A stretch of DNA of 64,000 bases from Paramoeba atlantica (Eukaryota; Protista; Discosea): the NCBI GenBank assembly GCA_977017575.1, contig CDRNVI010000143.1:62001-126000 (forward strand), read 5' to 3'. Under the pieces are notes generated by a model. The model searched no databases. It had not been told where the DNA came from and saw only the letters and a list, made by a program, of their open reading frames with translations. Both the position numbers and the translations under genes were made by a program. Positions 1-11,400 of the stretch are shown here, in pieces. Position 1 is the stretch's first letter; the number at the start of each line of letters is the position of its first letter.

Positions 1-1376
1 GACAAATACAAAAAAAGTAAACAACAAAACACACCAAACACAGACAGAAAAAATAATCCATGCAAAAAAGTAACCTTCTCAGTGTGTTGCAAAAAATCTT
101 CTTGTGTGTTGTGCCGATACGTGGTATACCTTTTGTCAAGAAAGTCACATTTTTTTCGAGAAAGAAGACATTTGATTTCATTATGATAGGACATACCACT
201 TAAAGAAGAGGAGAGAGATCCGATCTAATATCACTGTCACCAATCCAAGAAACAAATATTTCAAGAGACAAAGAAGGTCAAGGAACCCTCCAAAAGAAGA
301 AAGCTAAGAAGAAAGAGCTTTTACTCCTCGAAAAAATGATAAGAAACAGAGGAATAGGGCGCAGCAGCGAGAGTGGGGAGAGAGAGAGAGGAGGGAGGAG
401 AGAGGGTCTAATCACACACCAACAATTTGGGAAAGGAGAGAGAGAGAGAGAGCAGAAACATATATCAGTGGTAAAGTTCTTCGTGAATAACCAACATTTT
501 CAAAAGAGAAGTATCCACCAAACATTACACCATCATCACCAAAACACGCTCGAAGAAAGGCCTCTCCTCAGAACACACACACACAAGATCGTCGTCTCAA
601 GAGGGCTAAAAAGAGAAGAGAGATCATCCACCACAAACATCACTCTCTCTATTGGGTGTCTCTCTGGTGATCTTCTCTCCCCCTTTTCACCCACTGCCCC
701 TCTACTTTCGATTGTTGTGTTCCCGAATATTTGCTCTTTTATGTGGGTGAAACAAAACACCACCCTTTTTCCCCCACTTTTATGTTTTGTTCCTTTGAAA
801 ACTGTGTGAAGGAAAGGGAAGAGAGAAAAGAAAGAGGGGAAAGAAAGAGAGAGAGAGAGAGAGAAAGGGGGAAAAAATGGTCAGGAGTGTGAGAGAAGAG
901 AAGTGTGTTTGAGAAAAAAAAAAGGAGAGGAAGAGAGTACACAAACCACCTCTTTTCGCATTCTTTGCTTTTCATCTCCCTTCATCAAAGAGAGAGAGAG
1001 GTTCTTTTTCCCTTCTCCTCTCTCCTCTGTGTGTTAAAAGATGAGGTGAGAGAGAGAGAAGGGGGCGGAGGGGGTGTGAGGAGAAGACAAACTCTCACAC
1101 AACACAAAAAAACACAAAACACACACCACCACCACAAAACTGCGTGATGGTGGTTGGTGAGATTGGCAAAACAAACAAAACAAATAACACAAAACAAAAC
1201 AAAAACAAACAAAACAAAAACAAACAAACAAAACAAACAGAAAGAAGAGAGCGCTCTCTTCTCTTCTCTCGTTCACCCACAAAAAACAACAAAACGCAAA
1301 AAAAAAAAAGAACAAGATTTTTTTTGGAGATCTAAATTAAAGGGGGATAGATTCTATTTTTTTCCTTTATTTGTAA

Positions 1377-2243
<867 letters not shown>

Positions 2244-2837
2244 AAAAAAAAGTTTGTATAAAAAAATATAAATTGAAACTTTAACAAAAATCTTCTTTCT
2301 TTTTGAGACATTCACCAAAGAGTCATTTTTCTTTTCATAATTTTTTTTTTCTTTTTCTGGGATGGCAGCAGAAGAATGACACCCAACACAATACACTACT
2401 TTTCTTTATCCAGTGTGTGGTTGGGGGGGGTGAAAGATACTTTTTTTTTCTTCTTCCCAACACAACCAGTTATTCTGTACATTGGGATTTTAAGAAGGAC
2501 CCACACACATAATTAAGAAAAAGATATTGGGGGAGGGAGGTGGTGTTTTATTGAGATGACAATATTAATATAAAACCACAGACCAATATGTTGGGCCCAA
2601 AAAACCCTGAAAAACAGTGCCAGAAAAAGAAGAACAACAAAAAAAGAAAGAAAAAAAGAAAAAAAAAACCAATGATGAACAATTTTTAAAATCCAAGAAA
2701 GACACACCACCAAAGACATTTTGTTTCAAAAAAAAACGTGGATATTTCTTTTAACACCAAAACAACAACACAACACAACACAACACCCCAATCCCCCCCG
2801 ACTGACTGGTGGATCTTTTTTTTTTTTTTGTGGATTC

Positions 2838-2888
2838 TTCATTCTCTCTGGGGTACTAATTCGAAAAATCAGACCCAGAGAGTATGAA
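2838..2888. repeat. ~50-bp palindromic dispersed mini-element, copy A
   Basis: Arms TTCATTCTCTCTGGG / CCCAGAGAGTATGAA match at 14/15 as an inverted repeat; the spacer is homologous to copies at 6362, 25559 and 28771. Confidence 0.75.
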
Positions 2889-3279
2889 AACTATCACGAA
2901 ATAGTCCTCTTTTGTGTTGTTTGGTCTCTCTTCTCTTTGCCCTCCTTATCCAACTTTGATTGTGTGGCAACTTCTCTCTTTTTCGTTTGCGATTTTTCCA
3001 AAAAAAAAACCAAAAAAATTAACCTTGATACAAAGATACACCTTTTTTTTGTTTTTTTTTGGGGGGAGGGGTGGGGTGGGGGTGAAGATCAAACATGCCA
3101 CACATACACCACACATTTTTCTCTCTCTCTCTCTCTCTCTCCTCCTCTTCTCTTGTGGACGGACAGCGAGTGGTCAGGGTTTTCGAACTTTTTTCCCTTC
3201 CTCCTCTTCTCTCCAAGTCCAGTCCTTTGAGAGAAGAACAATTCCTTTGCGCTCTGAAAAGTAAAAATAAGAATGGGCG

Positions 3280-3843
3280 ATGAAAGGAAAAAGAGAAAAA
3301 AGAAGAGGAAAAAGAGAGAAAGAGAATAGAACCTACACAGGATCAGAGTGTGTGATAATAATAACAAAAAAAACATGATGTTCCCTTGGGGTTCAAAAGG
3401 AGGGGGGGAGACAAACAAAGAGAAGAGAGGAGGGGAGAGGAAAGGAGAGAAGAGAAGAGAGAAGAAAGAGAGAGAAGAAAGAAGAGAGAACGGGAGAGAA
3501 GAAAAGATAAAAGAAACAAAGAGAAGAAAAAGAAAAAAAGAAAGAAAAAAGAAAAAGAAAAAAGGAAAAGGAAAAAAAAGGAAAGGAAGAGGGAAAAGAG
3601 AAAGAGAAAAAAGAGAAAACCAACAATTTTCTTTTTCTTTTCGCTTTGTCAAGAAAAGAAAGGAGAAAGAGGAGGAAAAGGAAAAAAAACAAAAAAAAAA
3701 AAACAAAAAAAAAACAAAAAAAAACAAAAAAAAACAAAAAAAAAACAAAAAAAAACAAAAAAAAACAAAAAAAAACAAAAAAAAAACAAAAAACAAAAAA
3801 AAGAAAAGAAAACAAGGGAAAAAAATAAAATAAAAAAACAAAC

Positions 3844-3874
<31 letters not shown>

Positions 3875-4925
3875 CAATAAACAAAAACAAACAAAAACAA
3901 AAAAAAACAAAAAAAACAAAAAAAAACAAAAAAAAGGAAAAAAAGGAAAAGGAAAAAAGAAAGAAAAAAGAAAGAAAAGAAAAAAAGAAAAACAAAGACA
4001 GAAAAAAAAGGAAAAAAAAAGAAAAAAAAGAAAAAAAAGAAAAAGGAAAAAGAAAAAAAAAAAGAAAGAAAAGAAAAAAAGAAAAACAAAGACAGAAAAG
4101 AAAGAAAAAAGAGAAAAAAAAGAAAAAAAAAAGAAAAAAAAAAGAAAAAAAGAAAAAAAAAAGAAAAGAAAAAAAAGAAAAAAAAAAGAAAAAAAGAAAA
4201 ACAAAGACAGAAAAGACAAAGAAAAAGAAAAAAGAAAAGAAAAAAACTGTGAAAAAGGATTTTTTTTGATCTGTGATTTCACTCTTTTCTAATTCAACGA
4301 CTTCACTGTTTTAAAAGGAAAGAAAGAGAAGGAAAGAAAAGAAAAGAGAAGGAGAAAGAGGGGAAAAGAGGAGAAAAGAGAAGAAGGGGGGGAGAAAGAT
4401 TAAAAAGAGGAAAGATAAAAGATAAAGAAGACAAAAAACAAAAGATAAAAGAAAAGAAAAAAAAAAGAAAAAAAAGAAAAACACACAAAAAAGAAAAAAC
4501 AAAAGAAAAAAAACAAAGAAAAAAAGAAAAAAAAACCAATGAAGAAAAAAGGACCATTTTTTAAAACGTGAATTACACTCTCTTCAATTAAACAACTTTC
4601 CTGTGTTAAGGAGAAAAGAAAGAGAAAAGAAAGAGAAAAGAAAGAAGAGAAAAGAAAAAGAAAAAGAAAAGAAAGAGAAAAGAAAGAGAGAAGGAAAAAG
4701 GGAGAAAAAGAGAAGAGAGGGGAAAAGATTAAAAAGAGGAAAGATAAAGAGGAAAAGATAAAGAAGAAAAAACAAAAGAAAAATAGGAAAAAAAACAAAA
4801 AAAAAACAAAAAAAAACAAAAAAAAAACAAAAACAAAAAGAAAAAAAAAGAAAAAAAAAAAGAAAGAAAAGAAAAGAAAAAAAAAAAGAGAAAGAAAAAA
4901 GAATAAACCTCAAGAAAAAAAGAGA
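3280..4925 (+). repeat. Polypurine (A/G-rich, AAAC/AAAAG) low-complexity tract containing a diverged ~300-bp tandem duplication
   Basis: Almost no T over about 1.6 kb. GAAAAGATTAAAAAGAGGAAAGATAAA occurs at ~4394 and ~4723. Confidence 0.85.
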
Positions 4926-4944
4926 GCATGATTTCACTTCACCC

Positions 4945-5340
4945 ACCTCTACCCAACCTTCTCAACCTTCCCCAACCTTCCCCAACCTTCCCTACCTTCC
5001 CTCTACCCAACCTTCCCTACTTTCCCTCCTTCCTCTTCCCAACCTTTCCTACCTCTCCCCTCCTTCCCCAACCTTTCCTACCTTTCCTACCTCTCCCCTC
5101 CTTCCCCAACCTTCCCCTCCTTCCCCAACCTTCCCCTCCTTCCCCAACCTTCCCTACCTTCCCTCTTCCCTACCTTCCCTCTTCCCAACCTTCCAACCTT
5201 CCCAACCTTCCCTACTTTCCCTCCTTCCTCTTCCCAACCTTTCCTACCTTTCCTACCTCTCCCCTCCTTCCCCAACCTTCCCTACCTTTCCTACCTTCCC
5301 CTCCCCCAACCTTCCCTCTTCCCTCTTCTTTCTTCTTCCC
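4945..5340 (+). repeat. C-rich degenerate minisatellite (CCCAACCTT / CCCTACCTT units)
   Basis: Many degenerate 9-10-bp units; G is essentially absent on the + strand. Confidence 0.85.
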
Positions 5341-5684
5341 CTCCTTCTTCCCTCCTCCTTCTTCCTCTTTCCCTTTTTTTTAGTTCTTTTTTTTTTTTAA
5401 TTTAATTCTTTTTTTTAATTTCTCTTTTTTTTTCTTTTCTTTTTTCTCTTTCCTCTTCTTCTCTCCTTTCGCTCTTTCCTCTCTCTCACCGGGTTGCCAA
5501 GGGAAAAGGGAAAGGAACGCAATTGCAAAGGTTTTTCAGGGCATTGAAAAAAAAATTCCCATAAAAATTTCCTTGTAAAATATTTTTTCGACCTCAGAAA
5601 AACAATTGAATTGTGCTGGTTTATTTTAGCACACAAAAAAAGATTTTAGGGCTCATAATTTTTCTGGCCTCGTTGGTTTTGTTT

Positions 5685-5718
5685 TGCCTTTTCTCTTTCT
5701 CTCCTCTTTTTCTCTCTT

Positions 5719-5754
<36 letters not shown>

Positions 5755-6280
5755 CTCTCTCTTCTCTTTTCTCTCTCTTTTTCTTTTCTCTCTCTTTTTT
5801 TCTTTTCCTTCTTTTTTTCTTTCTCTTTCTCGAACTTTTTTGCCCTTTGTGAATGGGACCGGATGGGGTTCTCTCTTTATTTCTTTTTATTTCATTGACT
5901 TTTCTTGTTTTTTTCTTCTCTTTTTTACTTTTATCTCTTCTCTTTTTTTTTTTTTTTCACTTTTTCACTTTCTCACTTTTTCTCTTTTTTTTGTTCCTCT
6001 TTTTCTTGTTCCCCTTTTTCTCGTTCCCCTTTCTTCCCTTTTTTAATGGGTTCTCTCTTTTCTTTTTTCCCTTTCCCCCCTTTTTTCTTTTTCTCTTCTT
6101 TTCTTTTCTTTTTGTTGATTTCTTTCCTTTTGTTTTCGATTTCTTCTTCGGTTTCTCATTTTTTTCTTTTTTTTTTTTTTCTATTTTCTCTTTCTCTTTC
6201 TCTTCTCTCTTCTCTTCTCTCTCTTCTCTCTTCTCTCTCTTTCCCCCCCTTCCCTTTCTTTTCCTTTTTCTTTTTTGAAA
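5685..6280 (+). repeat. Polypyrimidine (T/C) low-complexity tract
   Basis: Base composition; the F/L/S-only ORFs across it are artefacts. Confidence 0.85.
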
Positions 6281-6361
6281 AAATAAGACAGTCTTACAGA
6301 TAAGTGAATCTTCAAAAAAAAAGAAGAGACAAAAGAGATGTTTTTTTATTTGGGAAAGATG

Positions 6362-6412
6362 ATGTATTCTCTGGGTCCGGATTTTCACAAATTAGCACCC
6401 AGAGAGTATCAA
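6362..6412. repeat. ~50-bp palindromic dispersed mini-element, copy B (reverse orientation to A)
   Basis: Reverse complement TTGATACTCTCTGGG-TGCTAATTTGTGAAAATCCGGA-CCCAGAGAATAC aligns with copy A, including the spacer. Confidence 0.7.
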
Positions 6413-6644
6413 GATCTCTATCCCAACCATCTATCTGACACATTCTTTTTGATGAAAAAAGAAAGGAGAAAAATTACAATGAGATAACCAACAAAGAAAA
6501 GAAGAGGAGTGAATAAAGAAAAAAAAAGAAAAAAGAAAAAAGAAAAAAGAAAAAAGAAAAAAGAAAAAAGAAAAGAAATAAACTTTTTTTCTTGATAAAA
6601 AAAAGAGCACAAAAAATTTGATTCCATTAAAGAGATTTTGTTAT

Positions 6645-7622
6645 TTATTTTTGTCTTCTTTCTTTTGGAGGAGAATTGAAAAACTTCTTTTTCAAATCAT
6701 GTGGTGGGGAGGAACGTCGAGTTCCTTTTCTCTTATTTCTAAACATTTTGTCTTTCTCTTCTTCTTCTTCTTCTGGTCCAGTCGCCAACCTCTCTGTGAT
6801 TTCCTCCAAATGTTTCTTGAGAATAATTTCTGTTTCCATCATCTTTTTTGACTTCTTTTCTTTTGCTTCAAGATTACAAAGTCTTCTTTCGATGTTTCGT
6901 CGTTGATTCTGAAGCTTTTTTGATTGCCCAAATGATCTTGGTTTACCATAATCTTCCTCTTCTTCCTCTTCTTCCTCTTCTTCCTCTTCTTCCTCAGACA
7001 ATTGGACTTCTTCAATCTCCTCCTCATGTTTGTCACCAACAATGTCATTCTCTTGACTTTTCAAATCAACAAGATTCTCTCGAACTTGAGTTTTGTTTTC
7101 AGTCAACTGTTCCTTTCTTCGTTGGAGAGCCACAATCTTTTCTTCAAGAACATCAATCTGATCTGCCAGTTTCTCATCATGTTTACTGAGCATTTCAATC
7201 TTCTTCTCTCTCTTCTGTTGTTCCTTGAGTCTTTTCTGAGGGTTCTCAGAAACTTCATCCCCCACTTTCTCAACCTTCTTCTCTTCATCATCACCCACTC
7301 GATTTTCGACCTCTTGGATCTCCTTTTTGGTTTCTTCTTCGACTTGACTCTCCACTGCTTTTGCTGTCTCGTTCTTTTTTGGGAGAACAAACAAAGCATC
7401 TTCCAAGTCTTGGTCATGTTTCACAAAGACGACATCACACTCATCGTCAAGATAGAACACTCGAACCGCAGTTGAAGTTCCGTACACATCCTGGATCTTC
7501 CTTCGGAGACTTCGAAAGTCTTGAGCTTGAACAGAACACACTCTTCCATTCTCAGTGTTTTGGACTTCCCACCACTCTTCTTCTCTTTCGACAATCGACA
7601 TCAACTGAACTCTCATCACCAT
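6645..7622 (-). CDS. PB1-domain protein with coiled-coil and acidic C-terminal half
   Basis: 325-aa open ORF. The N-terminal segment VRVFYLDDECDVVFVKHDQDLEDAL matches the PB1 OPCA motif (YxDEDGDxxxxxxDxDL); heptad-rich K/E segments and a poly-E run follow. Confidence 0.75.
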   Translation of the reverse strand: MVMRVQLMSIVEREEEWWEVQNTENGRVCSVQAQDFRSLRRKIQDVYGTSTAVRVFYLDDECDVVFVKHDQDLEDALFVLPKKNETAKAVESQVEEETKKEIQEVENRVGDDEEKKVEKVGDEVSENPQKRLKEQQKREKKIEMLSKHDEKLADQIDVLEEKIVALQRRKEQLTENKTQVRENLVDLKSQENDIVGDKHEEEIEEVQLSEEEEEEEEEEEEEEDYGKPRSFGQSKKLQNQRRNIERRLCNLEAKEKKSKKMMETEIILKKHLEEITERLATGPEEEEEEKDKMFRNKRKGTRRSSPPHDLKKKFFNSPPKERRQK

Positions 7623-8260
7623 ATTTTGATTGATTGATTGTTGTTTTTCTGTTTCAAGTTATCCAGAAAAAGAAATGTTTTGAATTAAAAACAAAACCTG
7701 AGGGTGTGGTTGATTGTGTTTGTTGTCGTTCACGAGGGAATGAGAGGGGGGGGGGTGTGGTGAGAAGGAACACCAATCAAAATTGAACAAAAAAAAACAA
7801 AAAAAATCACTGAAAGAACAACCAAAAACACACACACAGAAAAAAAAAAAAGAAAAAAAGGGCTGATAGGACCTGAAATAGAGGTCCATCATATCCGGAC
7901 CCAAAATAGAGGTCCGTTTTTCTTTTTTTGTTTTTGTGTTTTTTTGTTCGTTTGTTTTTTTTTGGTTTTCCTCAGTCTTTCTTTTTCCTCTTTCTCTTTT
8001 CTTCTGTCTTTTCTTATCTTTCTTTTTGTAGGTTGTTAATTTTTTTTCCTTCTCTTTCTTTGTTTTTTTTCTTTGTTTTTTTCTTTCTTTTTTTGAAATT
8101 CCACCACTTTTTCTCTCTTTCCATTGAGGTTTTTTCTCTTTTCTCTTTTCTCTTTTCTCTTTTCTCTTTTCTTTCTTTTCTCTCATCTTTCTTTTCTCTT
8201 TCTCTTTTCTTTTTATTAATTTGGATTGATATTAAAAGAAGAAAAAAAAGAAGAGAAAGT

Positions 8261-8379
8261 GTCTTCGGTCATACCCAGTTGAAAGCACCCGATCCCATCA
8301 GAACTCGGAAGTTAAGCAGCTGTGGGCTCGGTTAGTAGAATGGTGGGTGACCACATTCGAATCCCGAGTGCTGAAGACC
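8261..8379 (+). rRNA. 5S rRNA
   Basis: 119 nt; GTCTTCGG pairs with CTGAAGAC. Conserved CATACC, CCGATCCCATCAGAACTCGGAAGTTAAGC and GTTAGTA...TGGTGGGTGACC segments. Confidence 0.95.
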
Positions 8380-8382
8380 TTC

Positions 8383-8391
8383 TTTTTTTTT
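8383..8391 (+). terminator. Pol III terminator (T9) of the 5S gene
   Basis: T run directly 3' of the 5S rRNA. Confidence 0.8.
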
Positions 8392-8417
8392 CTTCTCTTT
8401 TCTTTTTTTTTTCTCTC

Positions 8418-11400
8418 TTTTTTTTTTTTTTTTCAATGAAAGAGATTTTTATTCGAAATAGATGGTTGTAAGAGAAGGGAATGGTTCTCACCCAGTGAGA
8501 GGAGGAACTGCAGAAAAAGGAGGTAGTACATGTGGAAAGAAGAGGGGGGAATGGAAATGTCATTTGGATTGAGAGATGATGAGAAGCACAGAGAGTGATG
8601 GGTCAAAAGGGGGTTGCTGGGTTTTAGATTTTCCTGTATGCTCATCATGTGGTTTGCCATTGCTTTCATTAGTGCAGCTGAAATCTTCTTCTTTGCTGTT
8701 CTTAAGAAGAGGGGGAGGGGGTTGGCATCCAGGACCTGGTCGTTTTGGAGGGCAATTGAGGCGAGGGACTGTAGGAGTGCACTAATGTCAGGGGATATTC
8801 CACCACCTGAGGATGAAGATGCTGGAAGGAAGATGACTTCACCTTGGAGAAATGGAAAGAGTTATTTGTTTAAGGGTCCGTTTCTCCTCAGGGGTGTCTC
8901 TGCCTTCCTGCATTAAAGTCTGTTTCAGTCAGACATCTGTCCACATATTCTCTGTGTTTCATGATCCTGGCATGGTGTGCAGCAGGTGAGAGGGTGTCGA
9001 GTATGGGGGGTCAGAGTGGGTTTTGGTGGGTGTTTGGATCACACAGCAAAAGTGGGGGGTTTTGTGGGTTGACACAACTCGGACATCAATACACAGATCC
9101 TGGTCGCCTTGCCACTCGCAGATTGTAAGATCAGGTTGCTTGTGTGACTTCCTGATTGGCCGGTAGGCTCCATCTCAGATTGTTGTTTTTCCCGCCCAGC
9201 TGGCAATGTTCTTGAGTTCTTTCACGGAGAGCATGGTGTCTTCTTGTGTGGTTCCTCTTCCACGACTGGTGCAATCTGAGAGGTGGAGGGAGGATGCAGC
9301 ACAGAGTTCTTTTTCACAGAATCCACACTTGACAGTCCCAAGTTCACAGAGAGCCCCAAGGTGTGGGTCAACTATGTCAAGCCTACATCGGTAGGCTGAG
9401 CGAAAATCTTCAGCATTTAAGGCTCGATATGGCTTTGGCCCAGAGGTGTCCTTGTCTGGGTAGGCTGTCATCCACAAGTGGGTGGTGGGGCCAACCTCAT
9501 TCTCACGGATTGCACGGCAGAGGTTTTTATCTTGTGTTGGGTCCATGATCTTCTTTTTGACATCCTGAAGTTCACAGGAGGTGAACTTCTTCTGTGGTTT
9601 GTAGTTTTCTCCAGTGCCCATTGAGTCAGATGGTGGCTCTGTCAATCGAGTTAGGAGCTCATGGACAGAGGTACCACTTGGCAGTTTCCACTCGCTCAAG
9701 ATGAAGCTTTCAAAATGGTCATATGCTTGGTGGAGAGCCTGGCGCTGGGGTGAGTCACTCTTCCAGAAGTCTTCAAAGAGGTTGATAAGTTCAGGTTTGA
9801 ACTCAGAGCAGGATCAGTAGACTGAGATCCAGGAGCCAAGGAAGGCTGCTTGGTGGGTGTTCTGAGAGTAGCTCAAGCCACCACCACCTTTTGACTTTGG
9901 AAGGCCTGCAGCTTCTACTCGAGAGAGATGGAGTTCTTTGTTTGGATGCAGGTGGGGGACTTGGAGGGGGTTGAGGAGGTAATTGATGTAAAGAGAGAGG
10001 TGTTGTGCGGCAGATGTATGTTAGTTTGGGTGTGATGGTTTTGACAAAAAGCTCGAGACTTTCATGGGGGTTGGAGAACATTATTAAACAGTGGTCTTGT
10101 GATGCTTGTTGGTATTCTTGAGCAAGGGTGTGAAGCCACTTGGAAATTTGAGTGTTCAGCCTGATGGGTGACCCTAGAACTGTGATTACTTCCACCTTCC
10201 CAATGCCAAGATTTTTGAGGTCATTGCTCCTGGGCGCTTCGGGAGAGAAACAGACCATTTTGCCCCTTTCTGTGCCAAGTTTGAGGTTGGCATTTGGGAG
10301 GACACTCTGGATCTGAGTGGTGATTTCTGCAATGGCAACTGGGCTCCCACAAACAAATATATCATCGACAAAGAGGAGAAGAAGAAGTGCATTCGGTGGA
10401 GCATCAACCTTCTGAAAGATTGGATTGAGGATTCCATGAAATCCCAGACAAAAGAAAATTGTCCCAAGGGGATCTCCTTGCTGGACACCCTCCTCCATGG
10501 TGAGGGTGTGGTTCTGGTCATGAGAGAGTGAGGGGTGTTGCTGAAGAATAGAAGGTGTAGAGGTATGGAAGTAATACAGGGGCCAGCTGGACTGTGCTCT
10601 CAAAGATGGTTTTTCTTGAGATGGAATTGAAGGCATTAACAATGTCCAGTTTCGCGGCATAATGTTGTGGGTGGAGGTGGAGATAGGCTGTAATATTGCT
10701 TTGTGGACCATTTCTGCACCACTTGGCAAGCATACACCATACTGATGGGACAATTTCTCAGGAATTCCCTCGTGTTGGACTTCAAGAACAAGTGCAATCG
10801 CTGCCCACCTCTTGAGAACTTCAGCAACACCAATTGGACGGATCCCTTTGTCCCCTTTTGCCAGAGGAATGAAGAGAGAGGTTGCCATGATGTTGTGTAT
10901 GGTTTCATTGAGTTTTTGGTTGGTGATTAAGACAGTCAATTCTTTGAGGGTTGAGCAGAGTTCTTGGTCTGTGCATAGGAGTGTGACAAACTCATAAGAC
11001 ATTCCTGAGAGCCCTGGTGTGCGGCCTTTTGGAAGTCTCCAAAGGGCCAGATCAAGTGAGTCAAAGGACTGAAACTCATCTTGTTCAAGGATTGCTGGTT
11101 TCCAGTCAGGAATTTCGGCTCGATCTGGTGGAGTCCACACCTGCTCAGATCTTGGGTAGAGGTTCTTCACAGTTTCACGATTTTCTGGGACTGAGAGATC
11201 CCTGAATCCACTCTTGGATTGAAGCTTCCTTGCAGCTTTGGAGAGATGTCCTTTTCTGACCTCTTCAATAATCTGGTCTGCCTTGGTTTTCTTGGTGGAC
11301 TTCTGCCTCCTCTTTTGCTTGAGTTTGCTGAGCTCGCCCTCAAGTTTTTTGTGGAGTCTCTCCCACTCAAAATTTCGCACCATGGTGCATCGAGATTTCA

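Noticed and set aside
4945-5340. Interstitial telomere
   Set aside because: Units are heterogeneous (9-10 bp, degenerate) with no perfect short telomeric repeat.
3089-6388. Long F/L/S- or K/E/R-only ORFs (e.g. 3089-4282, 397 aa), and similar ones at 26-29, 38.6-39.1, 47-49 and 60.5-61.4 kb
   Set aside because: Stop codons cannot arise in purine-only or pyrimidine-only tracts; these are compositional artefacts.
8200-8260. Spliced-leader RNA gene linked to the 5S gene (typical CRE target)
   Set aside because: Only a weak Sm-like AATTTGG is present; no leader hairpin with a GT donor could be identified.
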